Positions 9,181 to 21,500 of a stretch of 25,610 nt of DNA are shown one piece after another. Positions within the stretch are counted from its first letter, which is position 1. Each line of letters starts with the position of its first letter. The notes under the pieces are model-generated. The model was not told the DNA's origin. It saw nothing but the letters and a program-made list of their open reading frames with translations, and made no database searches. The DNA is from Ancylonema sp. (Eukaryota): assembly GCA_050230475.1 (NCBI GenBank), contig JBFLGF010000190.1, forward strand, positions 62,001 to 87,610. Direction: 5' to 3'. Position numbers and translations under genes: made by a program.

Positions 9181-9641
9181 TTCCTCCATTAATTGCTTGG
9201 AAAATAATGGCATAATGGCATTATGTCATACTGGCATTTTTTAATAGATGCACGTTGAAAAAGTGCGCAAGGAAAAGGTAGTTATGGAGTTTTTTGAGTT
9301 AGGAAAAAAAAAACTACAAAATTTGCTTTCACCCTAAATCGCCGGTCCGAGATTTTGAACGGACCCTCGTCCGAGATACGGACCTTCGAACCCGGTTCCG
9401 AAGGTTCGGGCAACTATGATTACACGCGGTTGCTAGACACTATGTAGTGAAATTAGCGTACGACGTATTTGTTGATGAAAAAGTATTTTGGGAATAATAA
9501 TGTAGAGGGGTGGGAATTTCGAGGGCTTTTACCGCGGGTAAGAAACCCTTGATATGAAAATCTGTATTTTCTGATATCGTGGTCTTCTACGCTTACGTCG
9601 GGGGAGTTTTGGCGGGGGAAATAATTGCCGAGAAACAAGTA

Positions 9642-9800
9642 CAGTGCTCCCTCGATATAAAGACCCTCGATATAACGACAACCTCGGTATAACGACAATT
9701 TTTTGGAACTTTTTAAAAATCAATATGAAATCGCCCTCGATATAAGCATAGCGACACTCTATATAATGACAAATTGTTTCAAAAATTTGTTACTGAATGT
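9642..9800. mobile_element. pogo/Tigger-like MITE end (same family as 23776-24740, inverted)
   Basis: TA|CAGTGCTCCCTCGATATAA with repeated CCTCGATATAA subterminal motifs; reverse-complement match to 24580-24742. A degenerate opposite end may lie at about 10868-10889. Confidence 0.8.
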
Positions 9801-12800
9801 CGTTATACTGTGTATATGACGTTATTGCTCGCAGATAACGGTGTACGGAAGTCGAGAAAAAGATAGAACGGCACCTCAAATTATGTATAGAATTCTATAT
9901 AGGTCCAATAGAATGTGCGTGTGCGGTGTTGCTTTGTAACAACCTTAATACCTCCCCAACTCTCTTCATAAAAATTTGTGGTATGTTTTTGCATAGTTGC
10001 ACGAAGCGGCTGTTTTTTTTTTGGGAACCGGTTCCGAAATGGAACCGTTTCGGAACCGGACGAACAGGGAGATTTTTAGGGTTTTACTCCTTCCCGCGGT
10101 AGAACAGTTTTCCCCTCCCAAAAAACGTACGCGGGGGAAATAAATCGTTGTAAATGTTCATGTTGGTGACTTCACGTCCCTTTCAGACGCTAAAATTGTA
10201 AAATCTTTCATCGGAAAAATATGGCGCGGGCATTGTTAGTTTCAATTTGCTTTACTTCGCGCCATGCAGGACGTGGTGCATTTTCATTGGCAGAAAACAA
10301 CAATATGAAAACAAGGGACGTGAAAGGTAGGAGATGTGAGTAGGAAGAGAGTGGTTATAAATGGAGTTCCGCAGCTTTGAGGAGACGATTGAAAAAAAAA
10401 AAAGACATGGAATTAAAACATGGGTGAAAGATTTGCTTGCAGACCAGATGAACCAGGCATGATGATAGATGCATGCAGCAATGACAGGCCATTCCTCTGC
10501 CTACTGAAACTAGTAATACTAGTGCGCCTCCCGCATCTTCATCACTTTCGTTCTCACAAGTTTCTTTGGAAGGCGTTGAAGCTCTAAAATGCATATCACA
10601 CTCGCACTCGGGAGTTACCGAAACAAAAGGTGGTAACCTTGTCACCGCGGCCTTTGCATATCTTCTGTGTCCAGAACGGCTTATTTTGATAGTTTTCTAT
10701 TCAAATCTGAGAGTGTAGTTCGTCAAGTTTTTCTCGGTTTTTTTTTTTTTAATTATTGTTTTGTCGTTTGACAAAACGTACATTATTCAACGCGACTTAA
10801 CGTTTTTTTTTTTTTTTTTTTTTTTTTTGGACGTCTTTTTTTTTTATCGAGTGGACGGTCGTTGTTCTTATATCGGGGGGGATTTGGTATGATAGTATTT
10901 AGTAAGGATGATGAAGTTCATAAAAATTGTCGTGATACCGAGGTGGATGATATACCGACGATCGTAATGTCGAGCGACGACTCTATACCTGTTCAGTTGT
11001 CGCCCACCCCACCCCACCCTTACCATATGTTTCCAAACCCCGTCTTTGGACGGACGGGAGGGCGGGTAAGATGTGGGAATTGGGGATAAGCATAGAGATG
11101 ATATCCTTTCTACACAAAAGACCTTCCCCTGTTACAGTACATGCGATGAATGGATCACATTGACCAAGTAGATTGAATGTATTATATGGTCAATGAATGG
11201 ATTGAATAGCGTGAATGGATAGAATTACCCGCATCTGGTTTTATGTAGGGCATGACTTTGTTCCTTCTAGAGACTTCGCCGAGACGGCCTCCGGATGTCT
11301 CAAGAACGCATTCATTCGATGAGGATGGTTGGTGAATTAATAGTCGTCTAGTCATGCGGTCATACAGTGAAAGGAGGTGGAGGAACCATTATGGTCCACC
11401 CGCAAAATAGCGTCACTCGCGGAGATCAAAGGTGTGTCAAGGACAAGAGGACCAAGAGGTATGTTGACAACAATCTTCTTTACATTCTCATACTTTGAGG
11501 CTCTCGACAATCGGAGATACGCTTTGAAGGGTAATGAAAGCACAGTGATGTTCAAACGGTTGAAAATTTCAACCGTTTGGAATTGTATTGATTATTGCTT
11601 AAAGATTTTTTGTGCCGCTAGTAGTATTTGTGCATGTTGTGTGACATTTGTCGTGACTCGTGTATTGCATTTAGGTTCAAACTCATGTAGTTACTTTGCT
11701 TCACGTGATTTTCTAAGCATTCCTAGTCATGTATCTATATTAAGCACGATCATTTTTGGAATTCTATGACTAGCTTCTTATCTCCAACAAGGTGTGGCTG
11801 CACCACGGCAATTAGCTCTCCTTTTTCATTGTTCGGTTTATAATTTGGGTATGGTAATATTCGTTAGTGTGTTATTATGTAGAAGTTTTGTTATGTGGTC
11901 GTTAAATCGAGAATGCATTTATATTTATTTCGATTAATTTTGTTGTGTATGATATAAGTTAGTTTTTTTTTTTTTTTGTCCTTTCTTTATTCGACTTTTT
12001 TTTCTTCTTGTATGCTTGTGGTGTAGGGTTTTTGTGCAATATTCACTGCCTGATATTCATGGTTAATATTATTGTAATCAATTTGTATTTTTGTTTGGTT
12101 TATTTATGTGTTTTTGTTTCTAGTTATATATTTAGAAGTGTACGTGTCATTCTATTCGGTTTTTTCTATTATTATGACACATAATATACCATGTCATAGA
12201 ATATGTATGTAGCGTACCTTTAGTCGATTTAATATAAAATGTTGATCGTTTTTTTATGTTTTTGTTTATGTGGTATTTGTTTGAAATATATTGATATACT
12301 ATTGACACAAGTGATGTGGTTATGTTTCTTATTATGCCATATCCATCCGGCCTAGGCCATTCTTGCATATCGCCTTACGCTATCATAGCATTTCTGCATG
12401 TATGCACAAATGCCTACTAAACAATTACAATTTCTTCTCGGTGCCAACAAATTGATGTGGACATAAATTGGTTGTATTTGGTGTATCTAGTAAATGTCGA
12501 ATTTGGCTATGGTTTCAGTCTTCGTCTCCCTCTGCCGTCGTCGAAAGCAACGATGATTCCAACTTTGTGTCACAATATATTATAGATATGGAGACCAAAT
12601 TCAGCGCGCACAAATAAGCAAAGCCAATTCTTATATTTCCCCAAGAGGCTAAATAAAGATGGCCGATATCGCTATGCTGTAGTTTTGTGATTCAATTCAT
12701 GTGTCTTTTTCCTCTTCTCTAGCTCATACTATTAGGTTTGAGCCTTGTATAGTCTGTGCGGGTTGTAAGGGTTGTATGTAGCCATTTAGGGTAACTTCTC

Positions 12801-12959
12801 CAATCGATTCGCGAGCGTCTCTCGCTAAAAATAAAATGGCGTTTCAACTCATGCGCTCATGCCAACTTATACGTTTCCATGAGGTTATGCCTCCAGAAAC
12901 TCGCCTCCCTCCCCATGACCCTCGCCACCGTCTGTGGTCGCACCTATGGCCGCCTGTGG

Positions 12960-13690
12960 CCGCATGGAGTAATTTCTCAGGTGTTGAGACTTCTTTGACC
13001 TAGTCCCTTCGTGTAGACATCGCATGCGAAGTCGCGAAAGGTTTGTTTTTAGGGATTGTAGTTATGTTTGCGACTATGATTTTTGCATCATAGAGTGTCT
13101 TCGCTGCCGTTATGCCTGGCTAGTTATGCATGGCCTTTATTGTCTGCGTGAAGATTGCGGCAAGAATTTGTAGACTCGCAGTCCTCTCGTGTTCAAGATA
13201 CTGACCGAGTTCATTGTTGTCGTTTGTTGTGGATTTCATGTCGTAGATGTCTAAACCACCCATTCACCCACCCAGCCAGCCACACAGCCAGAATGAAAGT
13301 ATTGTAATCGGTCGGTCTTCAACTTTATTTTTTCCTACTCTGTTTTTTTGAGGTAATGAGACTCCTTCGACCTGGTCCTTTCGTGTAGACATCGCATGCG
13401 AAATCGCTAAGGGTTTGCTTGAAGGTTTGCGTTCCATACTCCGATTGTGACTGCGATTTTTGTCTTCTTAGAGAATTTCCGTTGTGTTATGCCTGGGCTT
13501 TCTTGTCTGAATGAAAGTTGCGGCATATAAAATATATTAGAAATTTGTAGACTCGCAGTCATGCAATGTCAAAGATACTGACCGAGTTCGTTGTGATTTC
13601 TCCAGCGGGATTTATCTTGCAGATGTGCGAGCCAGCCAGCCAGCAAGCAGGCCTGCTAGCGAGCCTGCCAGAATAACAATAGTGTAGAAT
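12960..13690 (+). repeat. Tandem duplication (about 372-bp unit, two copies), each with a 60-bp kinase-like exon
   Basis: Shared blocks GAGACT.CTT.GACCT.GTCC.TTCGTGTAGACATCGCATGCGAA.TCGC.AA.GGTTTG, GTTATGCCTGG, AATTTGTAGACTCGCAGTC, AAGATACTGACCGAGTTC and a (CCAG)n tail occur at 12981 and at 13353. Confidence 0.9.
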
Positions 13691-14164
13691 ATAATACATA
13701 CGTAATAAAAGAATGGGGCTGAAGAATCAAACATAAAAAAGAGCTCAAACGCCTATCAAGGAGAAATTTCTAACCCTTAAAAAACGCTCGCTGGCTCATC
13801 TAACAAAATATTATCCTTGAGAGAAGGGTCCTAGTGTACGAAGAAGTAGCATACTGGAATTGAGTACACACTAATAATTGTTAAAAATCACCAGATTATC
13901 ATAAGCTAATCTGGTGATTTCAGAAGCCGAATCAAGCGAGCTGGAGCTCAAGCGCCTTCTATAATTTTCAGTTGAAATAGTGGTAACCCCCACTTGCGCT
14001 CGCTCGCTCTCTTTGATTGATTGTTAACCTATGTGCCGCAAGAGTTTTGGATTTCACTCAATATGAAGTTCACCAACACTCTTACCGCACATATAGCACA
14101 TCCTACAAGGATGAGGGTAGTGTAAGATAATCATCACGCATAAAGGGTTGTAGTAGGGGGGCGA

Positions 14165-14609
14165 TGTCGTAGCGCTAGGGATCGGTAGATTATAGCGGGT
14201 TCTCCCCCGTTCTAGCCGATCGGGTGCTGGTAGATACGCCCCTACCGTAACTAAGTAGCTTGCATTCGTTATAGCGATCTACAAGTCACCTGTGTACCGC
14301 GGGCCAGTCGGATCACGTCCGCTGGCCGTGAGTTCTGATTGGCCAGCTAGATTTGCTCGTAAATGTTATGCAGATTAGTTTGGCGTTTAATTTCGCACGT
14401 GCGGGGGTGCCTCACCCACTGCACTAGAAGTAGGGGCAGGAAGAGCTTTGTACCCTAACTTTCTCGATAACATCTCGGAATCTCTATCGCTTCCTCGCAC
14501 GTGTCTTGCTAGCTTCGCTTGACAGTGCTGCGCTGAGTAGCTTTAGAGGTTGGTAGGAATACCCATAGCCAAACAGATCGCCAGCTCACGGCGTATCTGG
14601 GCGACCACA
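14165..14609 (+). repeat. Orphan LTR (probable 3' LTR of a Gypsy-type element) preceded by a PPT
   Basis: AGTAGGGGGGCGA|TGTCGTAGCGC...GGGCGACCACA; TG...CA ends with an imperfect inverted repeat; GC-rich relative to the flanks; no TSD and no partner LTR in the window. Confidence 0.6.
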
Positions 14610-15215
14610 GTCTCCATTGCCTTGGATAGTAGTAAACCAAACTGCATGTTTGTAGTAATGCTAAGCATGTGAGTAGCATGTCAGAAAAAAACTCAAATCA
14701 ACCAATCACAAGACGACACGTCATCAACGACACGTCAGGACTGCCAATTCCCCGACCGAACAGCCAATGAGAAACGCGGGAAAAACTTGAATTTCTTAAA
14801 AAGTACAATTCTACGGACCAAAACTGTACGGATCAAAAGATGGACGAACGAATGCAAGACTCGGCTCCCTTCATAGAGAGCTAAGTAAAAAATGTGTGTT
14901 GCGCAAATGAAATCAAAACATGTGCTCTTAGTTGAATGGGGCGAAGAATTGAGCGGTGATATCTCATTTATGCTGCATGTGATATTCAGTATTGCTTGGC
15001 GCAACATTGATTGATAGGTTGTCGAAAATAGAAAAGCATACTTGGCTCATGGATGTCATTTCACCTGTACAAATACAAATAAATACATTTTGTTTGAGTA
15101 ACAAAAACTTTTTGTCGCAAGAATGCATAAAATACCGGAGGCTGTTTATTCCAAAATAAATTCGGATGATCATATGTTGTCTTTCTCACCTACATTCTTA
15201 TGTATTTCTTGCATA

Positions 15216-15877
15216 CCGTATTGGGCACCCTAAATGATTTCTGTTTTTTCCAAAATTAATTATTTTCGTAATGATTTCTCAAAATGATCCCGGGATTCCA
15301 TTAGTTATTATCGATGATTTTCGGTAATGATTCCATGAATCCGTTAGTTATTATCAATGATTTTTGGGGATGATTCCGGATTGTAGGAATAAAAAGCGTA
15401 AAAGATTTCCTTGTTTAGGAATTAAAAATCGAATGATTTGTCTATCTCTGGGTCATTCTTATATATTTACCGAACATTTTGACGTCACAAGTGCACGTGG
15501 CAAGCACTCGTTCTAATCGCGATATCTTGACCGGCCACAATTTTGTCGTTATGATTGGTCTTAATTTGTCGTTTAGCGCGTCTAATCGGTGATATTTCCC
15601 ATAACGTGGGACTTGAGGGCCCGGTACGTACTTTCTGACGTCATACATGTCGCTCGTCCAAAAATGTGTCCTTTTTCACGTGCCTACTTTGTCGTGTACC
15701 CCGTTTCATCACATATCGAGTCGAATCCAGCTGACCCCGAATATCCCGTAAATGATTCCTAAAACGGGTTTTATTAATGATTTTGAGTATCCTTTTGGTA
15801 CCATTTAGTAATTAATTTAAATGATTACTCTCAGGTTTCAATAATTAATTAAAAATCATTTACGGTGCCCAGTACGG
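15216..15877. mobile_element. Complete Tc1/mariner-superfamily (Tc2/pogo-like) MITE, 662 bp
   Basis: TIRs CCGTATTGGGCACCCTAAATGATTT and (reverse complement) CCGTACTGGGCACCGTAAATGATTT, 23/25 identical. TA on both sides (15214-15215 and 15878-15879); repeated AATGATT subterminal motifs. Confidence 0.92.
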
Positions 15878-18124
15878 TATTTGGTCCTTTGCCTTGCGCG
15901 TCCCGCGCGTGTACCGCGAATTTCGACTACGGGGCGCGGCCAGCTTTGATTTCTTGACAACCGCCCGCCCATCTGCACCAACCACTGCCAGCCGACGCCC
16001 GCTGGAGAGAGCGCACGGGCGGGAAGAAACGGATAAACGTCGACGGGTAGTAGCGGATGCCCTGAAGGCGGAAATAGGTGGATCCTGGTTGGGATCTGCA
16101 TGCTTCCGGCGGGCGGAAATCAGGGCTCAATTGCTGCACTATCTCGGCATTTATCTGCGCCTAGTCAATATAACGTGGAGGATCCTTACATCAGAAAGTG
16201 GCCCTTGCACTTTTACCTGCCCTTTCGTACTTTCATGGTCGCCATCCGAACATAGAATTCTGCTTCAAGGAATCACATGTATGAGGTTTTCTTCTCCAGT
16301 CCTGGTCGCCACCCGAAATAATGCCTCCTTCGTGCTTTAGCCGCGTACCTTATGGGCTGGATGATGGCACCGAATCTTCTTACATGAACTTCTGCGATAT
16401 TTTTACTAATCGATATGTCCCTCTCGTCCAGGTAAGTGAGTAACCTGGTGGCTAAATTGTCACCATGTATAGGATCGAGACGAGAAGTCTGACAAGAAAA
16501 TCACGACTGACGACGGAGCAGACGAGACAGAATGCCACTCTCCGTCACTCTTTGTCACCGCATTTCCCAGCATAGACTTGTTCATGCTCTAAGGCTTCTT
16601 ATGTAAAAATAACCTCCGATGTATAAGACTCTGATTTCGTCGGCATCATAAAAATTCGATCCAATAGGTGTCATATTTGGTTGTTAACGACTGTAAGAAT
16701 TTAAAGGAGTTTTGTTAGAATCTGGATAGCGAAGGGTTTTGACATCCTACGATGGCGAGAGACTGTGGTTAGGGCTCCCCATAGTGGGACTGTGGCAGTC
16801 AGCTGCTGTAACCCGTCGTTGGAACAATAGATGGTAGGGCTGGAGGTGCCAACTCCTTCCTCGTAACATGGACTTCAGGTTTAAACCTTCTCTTTATCTC
16901 AAGGTGCAGATCATGCCGTTATCAGTCACCTGTTGCGAGAGGTGCAAACAGCTGCAGTGGTCCCTGCTGACCTGGCAGCTGGGATTGCTGAGGCCTTGGC
17001 TCGAGGTATAAGAGCCACTTTTGCCCTGCAAGCAGCTGCAAGGAGATGACTGACTGAATAGCGGACCGCTATAGTTGTTAACTCCGGGAAGGGGATGAGG
17101 GTGAGAGACGAGTAGGCTTATTTTGGTGCAAGTTTGTTGGTGGAGTTATCGGAGTTGCATGTGTACATAGTCATTCTCATAATCTTGATTGAGTTGGCAT
17201 TATAGGTTTTGACAAATGTTTGGTTTCCTCGACCCTCTTGTAGTTTCACATTCATTACTACATGGATGGGCAAGACTCCTCTATGAAGTGTTGACTACCA
17301 GAGTAGAGCCAACATGGCATTGTTGTTATATTACCAAATTCACTATTTTACAATCAATTGCATACACTATAATTGGCACACATACGACGAATTCCACACC
17401 AATGTTTCTGTTTTTCGACATTAGCGTGTGGGCTCTTTGTATTTTCCCAACCATTTGGAAGGGAGGAAGTTCACGAGTTCTATGTGATTGTGATCAGCAC
17501 ACTCAAAGATGTAAGAAATCAAGTCGTAACCTTTCTTCTCATACTCCTAACGTATGCAACTGTTAAGGTAATATGTTAGAGATGTACTTCTCCATACTCA
17601 TAGACTAATGAGAAAATTACCTTTTGCAAGGTGGTCCCTACCTACTCGCTCTTTAAAACTACAGGTTTTGTATTGAAGTCCTCCTTTGAAGGATGTCCCT
17701 TTAGACACAATACAACTCGTTTTGAACCCAACTATGGTCCGGGGGTTCCTAACCATGTTGTTCAGACCCGTATATAATGTCGGAAAAACTCCGGATTGAT
17801 CACCAACTATGTTTTTTTTTTTTTTTTTTTTTTGTGAGAGGAGTCCGGAACCGGTCCTATGAAGCTGTAGCTGGTCTAGCACAATTTCATGGACTTACAC
17901 CATACAACAATTACACCACGGCCCATCCGGAACCGAGATCGGGACTAGGACGGGCCGCTAAGTATAAAGTGCCCATTTTTTTTTTGGGAAAGTGGGCATT
18001 GTAGGGATGATTTCGAACATAAATTTCGTTGACATTGTGGACAATACAAAGTCGAGGCAAACGATTTACGACTTTTTATCGGAGAAAAGGTTCGAAATGT
18101 TTGTTATCATCGCTGGGTTCCGGA

Positions 18125-18539
18125 TGTTAGTTTTTAGGGGCTGTAAACTTTTTTCGTTATATCGATTTTAGCGATACCGGGAATTTAGCTTTAGTTTTGT
18201 CGTCATTCAGAAAATGCAGGCTGCAGGCCGATGTCCTTGTTTCAATGATTACTTGGCCATTTGGCACAAGTGTCGATAAGAACAAGTTGATGTGACAGAA
18301 TACTTAGATATGATTGGCAGTTGACTAAGTTAGCTTCGATATGAGTAGATCCTTTGACTACACAGCAATCGACTGTACTAGGTCTGGGCTTGCATGTTGA
18401 ATTCTGTAATCAATACTTTCCACTTCAAACTTGCACTTTTGTTGTATCAACGTTTGTAATGACGTGATCTGTATGATTCAAAGAGATTAAGAAGAAGTGA
18501 ACTTTATTCTTGCATCGATGGCAGAAGAAAGTTCTCCCA
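18125..18539 (+). repeat. Copia 5' LTR (415 bp)
   Basis: TGTTAGTTTTTAGGGG...GAAAGTTCTCCCA; direct repeat of 23143-23567. Confidence 0.97.
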
Positions 18540-21500
18540 GTGGTATCAGAGCACGGTACCGTATTCTGGATGGAGACAAAGATACCTTTCAAGCATGGAG
18601 ATCTAAGGCCTCAGCTACTCTTGATGATGCCGAGTGCCTTGAGATCTGCAAAGGAACAGAGACTATTCCAACTGAGGTTACAGCCAGATATGATGATGAA
18701 CACTGGCTAATAAATGAAGCAAAAATGGAGGAGTATACACTTGATGTCAGAAGCTTCCGCAAAAGATCAAAGAAGGCAGTTATGCTACTCATGCAACTCG
18801 TCAGTGATGACATCGCTACATCACTTGAACAATTTGAACGAGATCCAAAGGCGATGTGGGACTATCTGACAGAGGAATATGACAAGGTGTCTCCAGAACT
18901 TCGAAAGATTGCAAAAGAAAAGTTGAACTCTTTCAAGATCGATGAAAATATGCCACTCACAGAAATCAAGAATACTTTTATGTCGATCATCAGAGAGTGT
19001 GTACATCAAAAATTTACAGTCAGCGCAGAAGATAAGGTGATGGCATTGTTTGCTGGCATGTCAAGAACAAAATACGGCATGTTGAAGAAGCTTTACTATG
19101 GGCAGAAAGAGGCACCTGAGATCAGCTGGATCTGGGGACAGATAGGAATGGATGAGCTAGACGACAAGAAAGAAAAAGATGTCAAAGATGGTGAGGCACT
19201 AGTTGTAGAGGTAAACTATGCAAAGTGGTGAGCGCAACAAAAAAAATCAAACCAGGGCAGAGGTGGTGGTATCGACAATCGTGGAGGCAGGGGTACATTC
19301 AGGGGGTATTCAGCAGATAATCGTGGAGTCAGAGGTAATCGTGGAGGCAGAGGTAGAAGCAGTGGATCAAGTGGAGGACACTCCTGCTATACTTGCGGAG
19401 AGACAAGTCACTACAGCAGAGACTGCTCCAAGAAAAACGAAGAATGCACATATTGTGGAGCCATTGGCCATGTGGAATTCACCTGTTTCGACAAGAAAAT
19501 CGAAGCTCCACGAATGCAGAGAAAAGGGGTACGCACTGGGAGAAAAACAGCTTTCGTTGGTGAAATCGATGAGGAGGAGAGATGTGGTCATGGAGAAGCT
19601 GTCGTCGCTGAGATCTGTGAAGGAAATGTTGCAGATGATGATGATGCAGAAAAAGGTTTCCATTTCGACGATGGTTCCAGTCACCATTCCTGTGGGCAGA
19701 AAAATCTTTTCAAAATCCTCGAAGACACCTCGAAGACATTCCACACGAGGTCATCATGCATCATCTGGTCGGAAGTGTGCGAGTGAAGCAGTGGGGAACA
19801 ATTGAGCTGCATACTGAGGGAGAGTGTGGAGGAGTAACACTCAATAAATGATTGTACATTCCTGGGATGCGCATTAATCTGTTCAGCGGTCAGAAAGTCA
19901 GAGAAGCAAGGTGGTCTTACACTTGCAGTGGAAAAGCTGGTGGCATCATTGTTTACAACAAATCTGGACAACAAGTGCAAGAATACATCGACAGGTCGAA
20001 AAACTCTCATTTGCACACCGGTTCGACATCAGCAACTTACCGAAGGGGAAGTTGTTGTAGCCGCTATCGAAATCAACCTCCTGCACACAAGACTTGGGCA
20101 TGCCAATGAGAGAGTGCTCAAAAATATGGCACGAGAGCATCTTGTAAGAGGACTGGAAGGAGGCACCTCAGGAATTCTGCAAAACTGTGAAGGGTGCAAG
20201 GTGGGGAAGGCACACGACAAACCTCATCCTCGACGAGAAGCTGGTGCAGGAGAGCAAGTTTGTCTGGGAAGAGTGTCAGTGGACTTGGCAGGGCCGTTCA
20301 ATCCAACATCAATAGGTGGAGGAGTGTACACCATGGTGCTGGTCGATGAATACAGCCGAAAATCCTGGGTGGAAATACTTCGCAGCAAAGATGATGCAGC
20401 TCCTCGTGTGAAGCAATGGATCGCAATCTGGGAAAGACAAGCTGGGAAACCTGTTAAAAATCTGAGATCAGATCGAGGAGGAGATTTTATCGATGGTGAT
20501 CTGCAGAAGTGGCTAAAAAACAGAGGCATTAGACATGAGACAACTCCGCCAAACACTCCTCAAGGCAATGCAATCACAGAGCGCATGAATCGTACGTTGC
20601 AAGACAGGGCTCGCTCTATGCTTCTGCACATGCAACTTCCTCTTGGTCTGTGGGCAGAAGCATCTCCTTAGCTTCATATCTCAGAAATCGATGTCAAGTC
20701 AGCGGTCTTCCAAGGACTCTCCAGAAGAGATGTGGTCAGGAGAGGTTCCAAAAAATCATCTTCGATCATTCGGTTGCAAAGTCTATGTGCGACTGGAGAA
20801 ACAAGATCGGGCAGGGAAAATGAGTGCGCTGGCTTGGCTCGGTGTGTTAGTTGGATAGAATTCCGAAAGTCCTTGCTACCGAGTCTGGGATCCTGCAACG
20901 AACAAAGTACACAACGTTGTCACTGGTCATGCAGACTTCGATGAATCTGTCAAACCAAGCTGGTGGAGGGGACAGAAAATTGGCAAGAAAGCAAGAGTGC
21001 ATGAGCCAATTGCAGAAACAAAAATGTCATGGCCAGATCTGGATGCAGCTGAGCAAGGAGCAGGAGGGGGGAGTTTTGGCCTCGGAGGGGGCAATTCTGG
21101 AGGTGGGCCACCTGCCTATGGCGATCCAAATTTTGTCGATGAAGAGATCCCTGATGTTGTGGGAAATCCATTACCACAGCTTCCGAGATCTCCTCTTCCT
21201 CAGAGTGCGGATCTTCCAGAACTTGTCAGCAATTCTAGTGGAGACGATGAGGACGAAGATCACGGAAGATGGTCCTCTTAATCCACTTGGTGTGATGGAC
21301 GATTTTTCTGCTTGGCGTGAACGACGATTTTTCAGAAACTTCTATTGATGATCCTGAGTCTGACTCTCAGCTTGTTCGTCGATCTGCAAGGGAGAATAGA
21401 GGAATGCATCCCAACAGATTTGCTGCTGCTTTTGTTGCGAACTTGGAGAGTGAGATAAATACACCAACGACTGTGGAGGAAGCTCTTAACACTCCCCAAA

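Noticed and set aside
10355..11769. Short ORFs 10355-10645, 10862-11089 and 11377-11769
   Set aside because: No recognisable motifs and frequent stops in the flanking frames, so they cannot be supported as genes.
12981..13690. Duplicated unit as a structured ncRNA (snRNA or snoRNA cluster)
   Set aside because: No recognisable Sm site, paired C/D boxes or compensatory stems were seen by eye; the kinase-exon reading fits better. An Infernal/Rfam scan would settle it.
15230..15440. Recurring AATGATT units as a possible CRISPR or regular array
   Set aside because: The units are short, irregularly spaced and lie inside a TIR-bounded MITE. There is no repeat-spacer structure and no cas genes.
16425..16437. 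ACTTACCTGGACG on the minus strand, matching the 5' end of plant-type U1 snRNA
   Set aside because: No GATCA.GAAG loop I, no ATTGCAC loop II and no Sm site follow. It is better explained as the complement of a plus-strand 5' splice site.
17969..17998. TGCCCATTTT...AAAGTGGGCA hairpin as a terminator
   Set aside because: The context is eukaryotic repeat DNA with no upstream gene; it is probably part of a repeat terminus.
19218..19805. 195-aa ORF as a separate gene
   Set aside because: It is an alternative frame of the Copia RGG, zinc-knuckle and protease region; the true frame is the gag frame past the premature stop.
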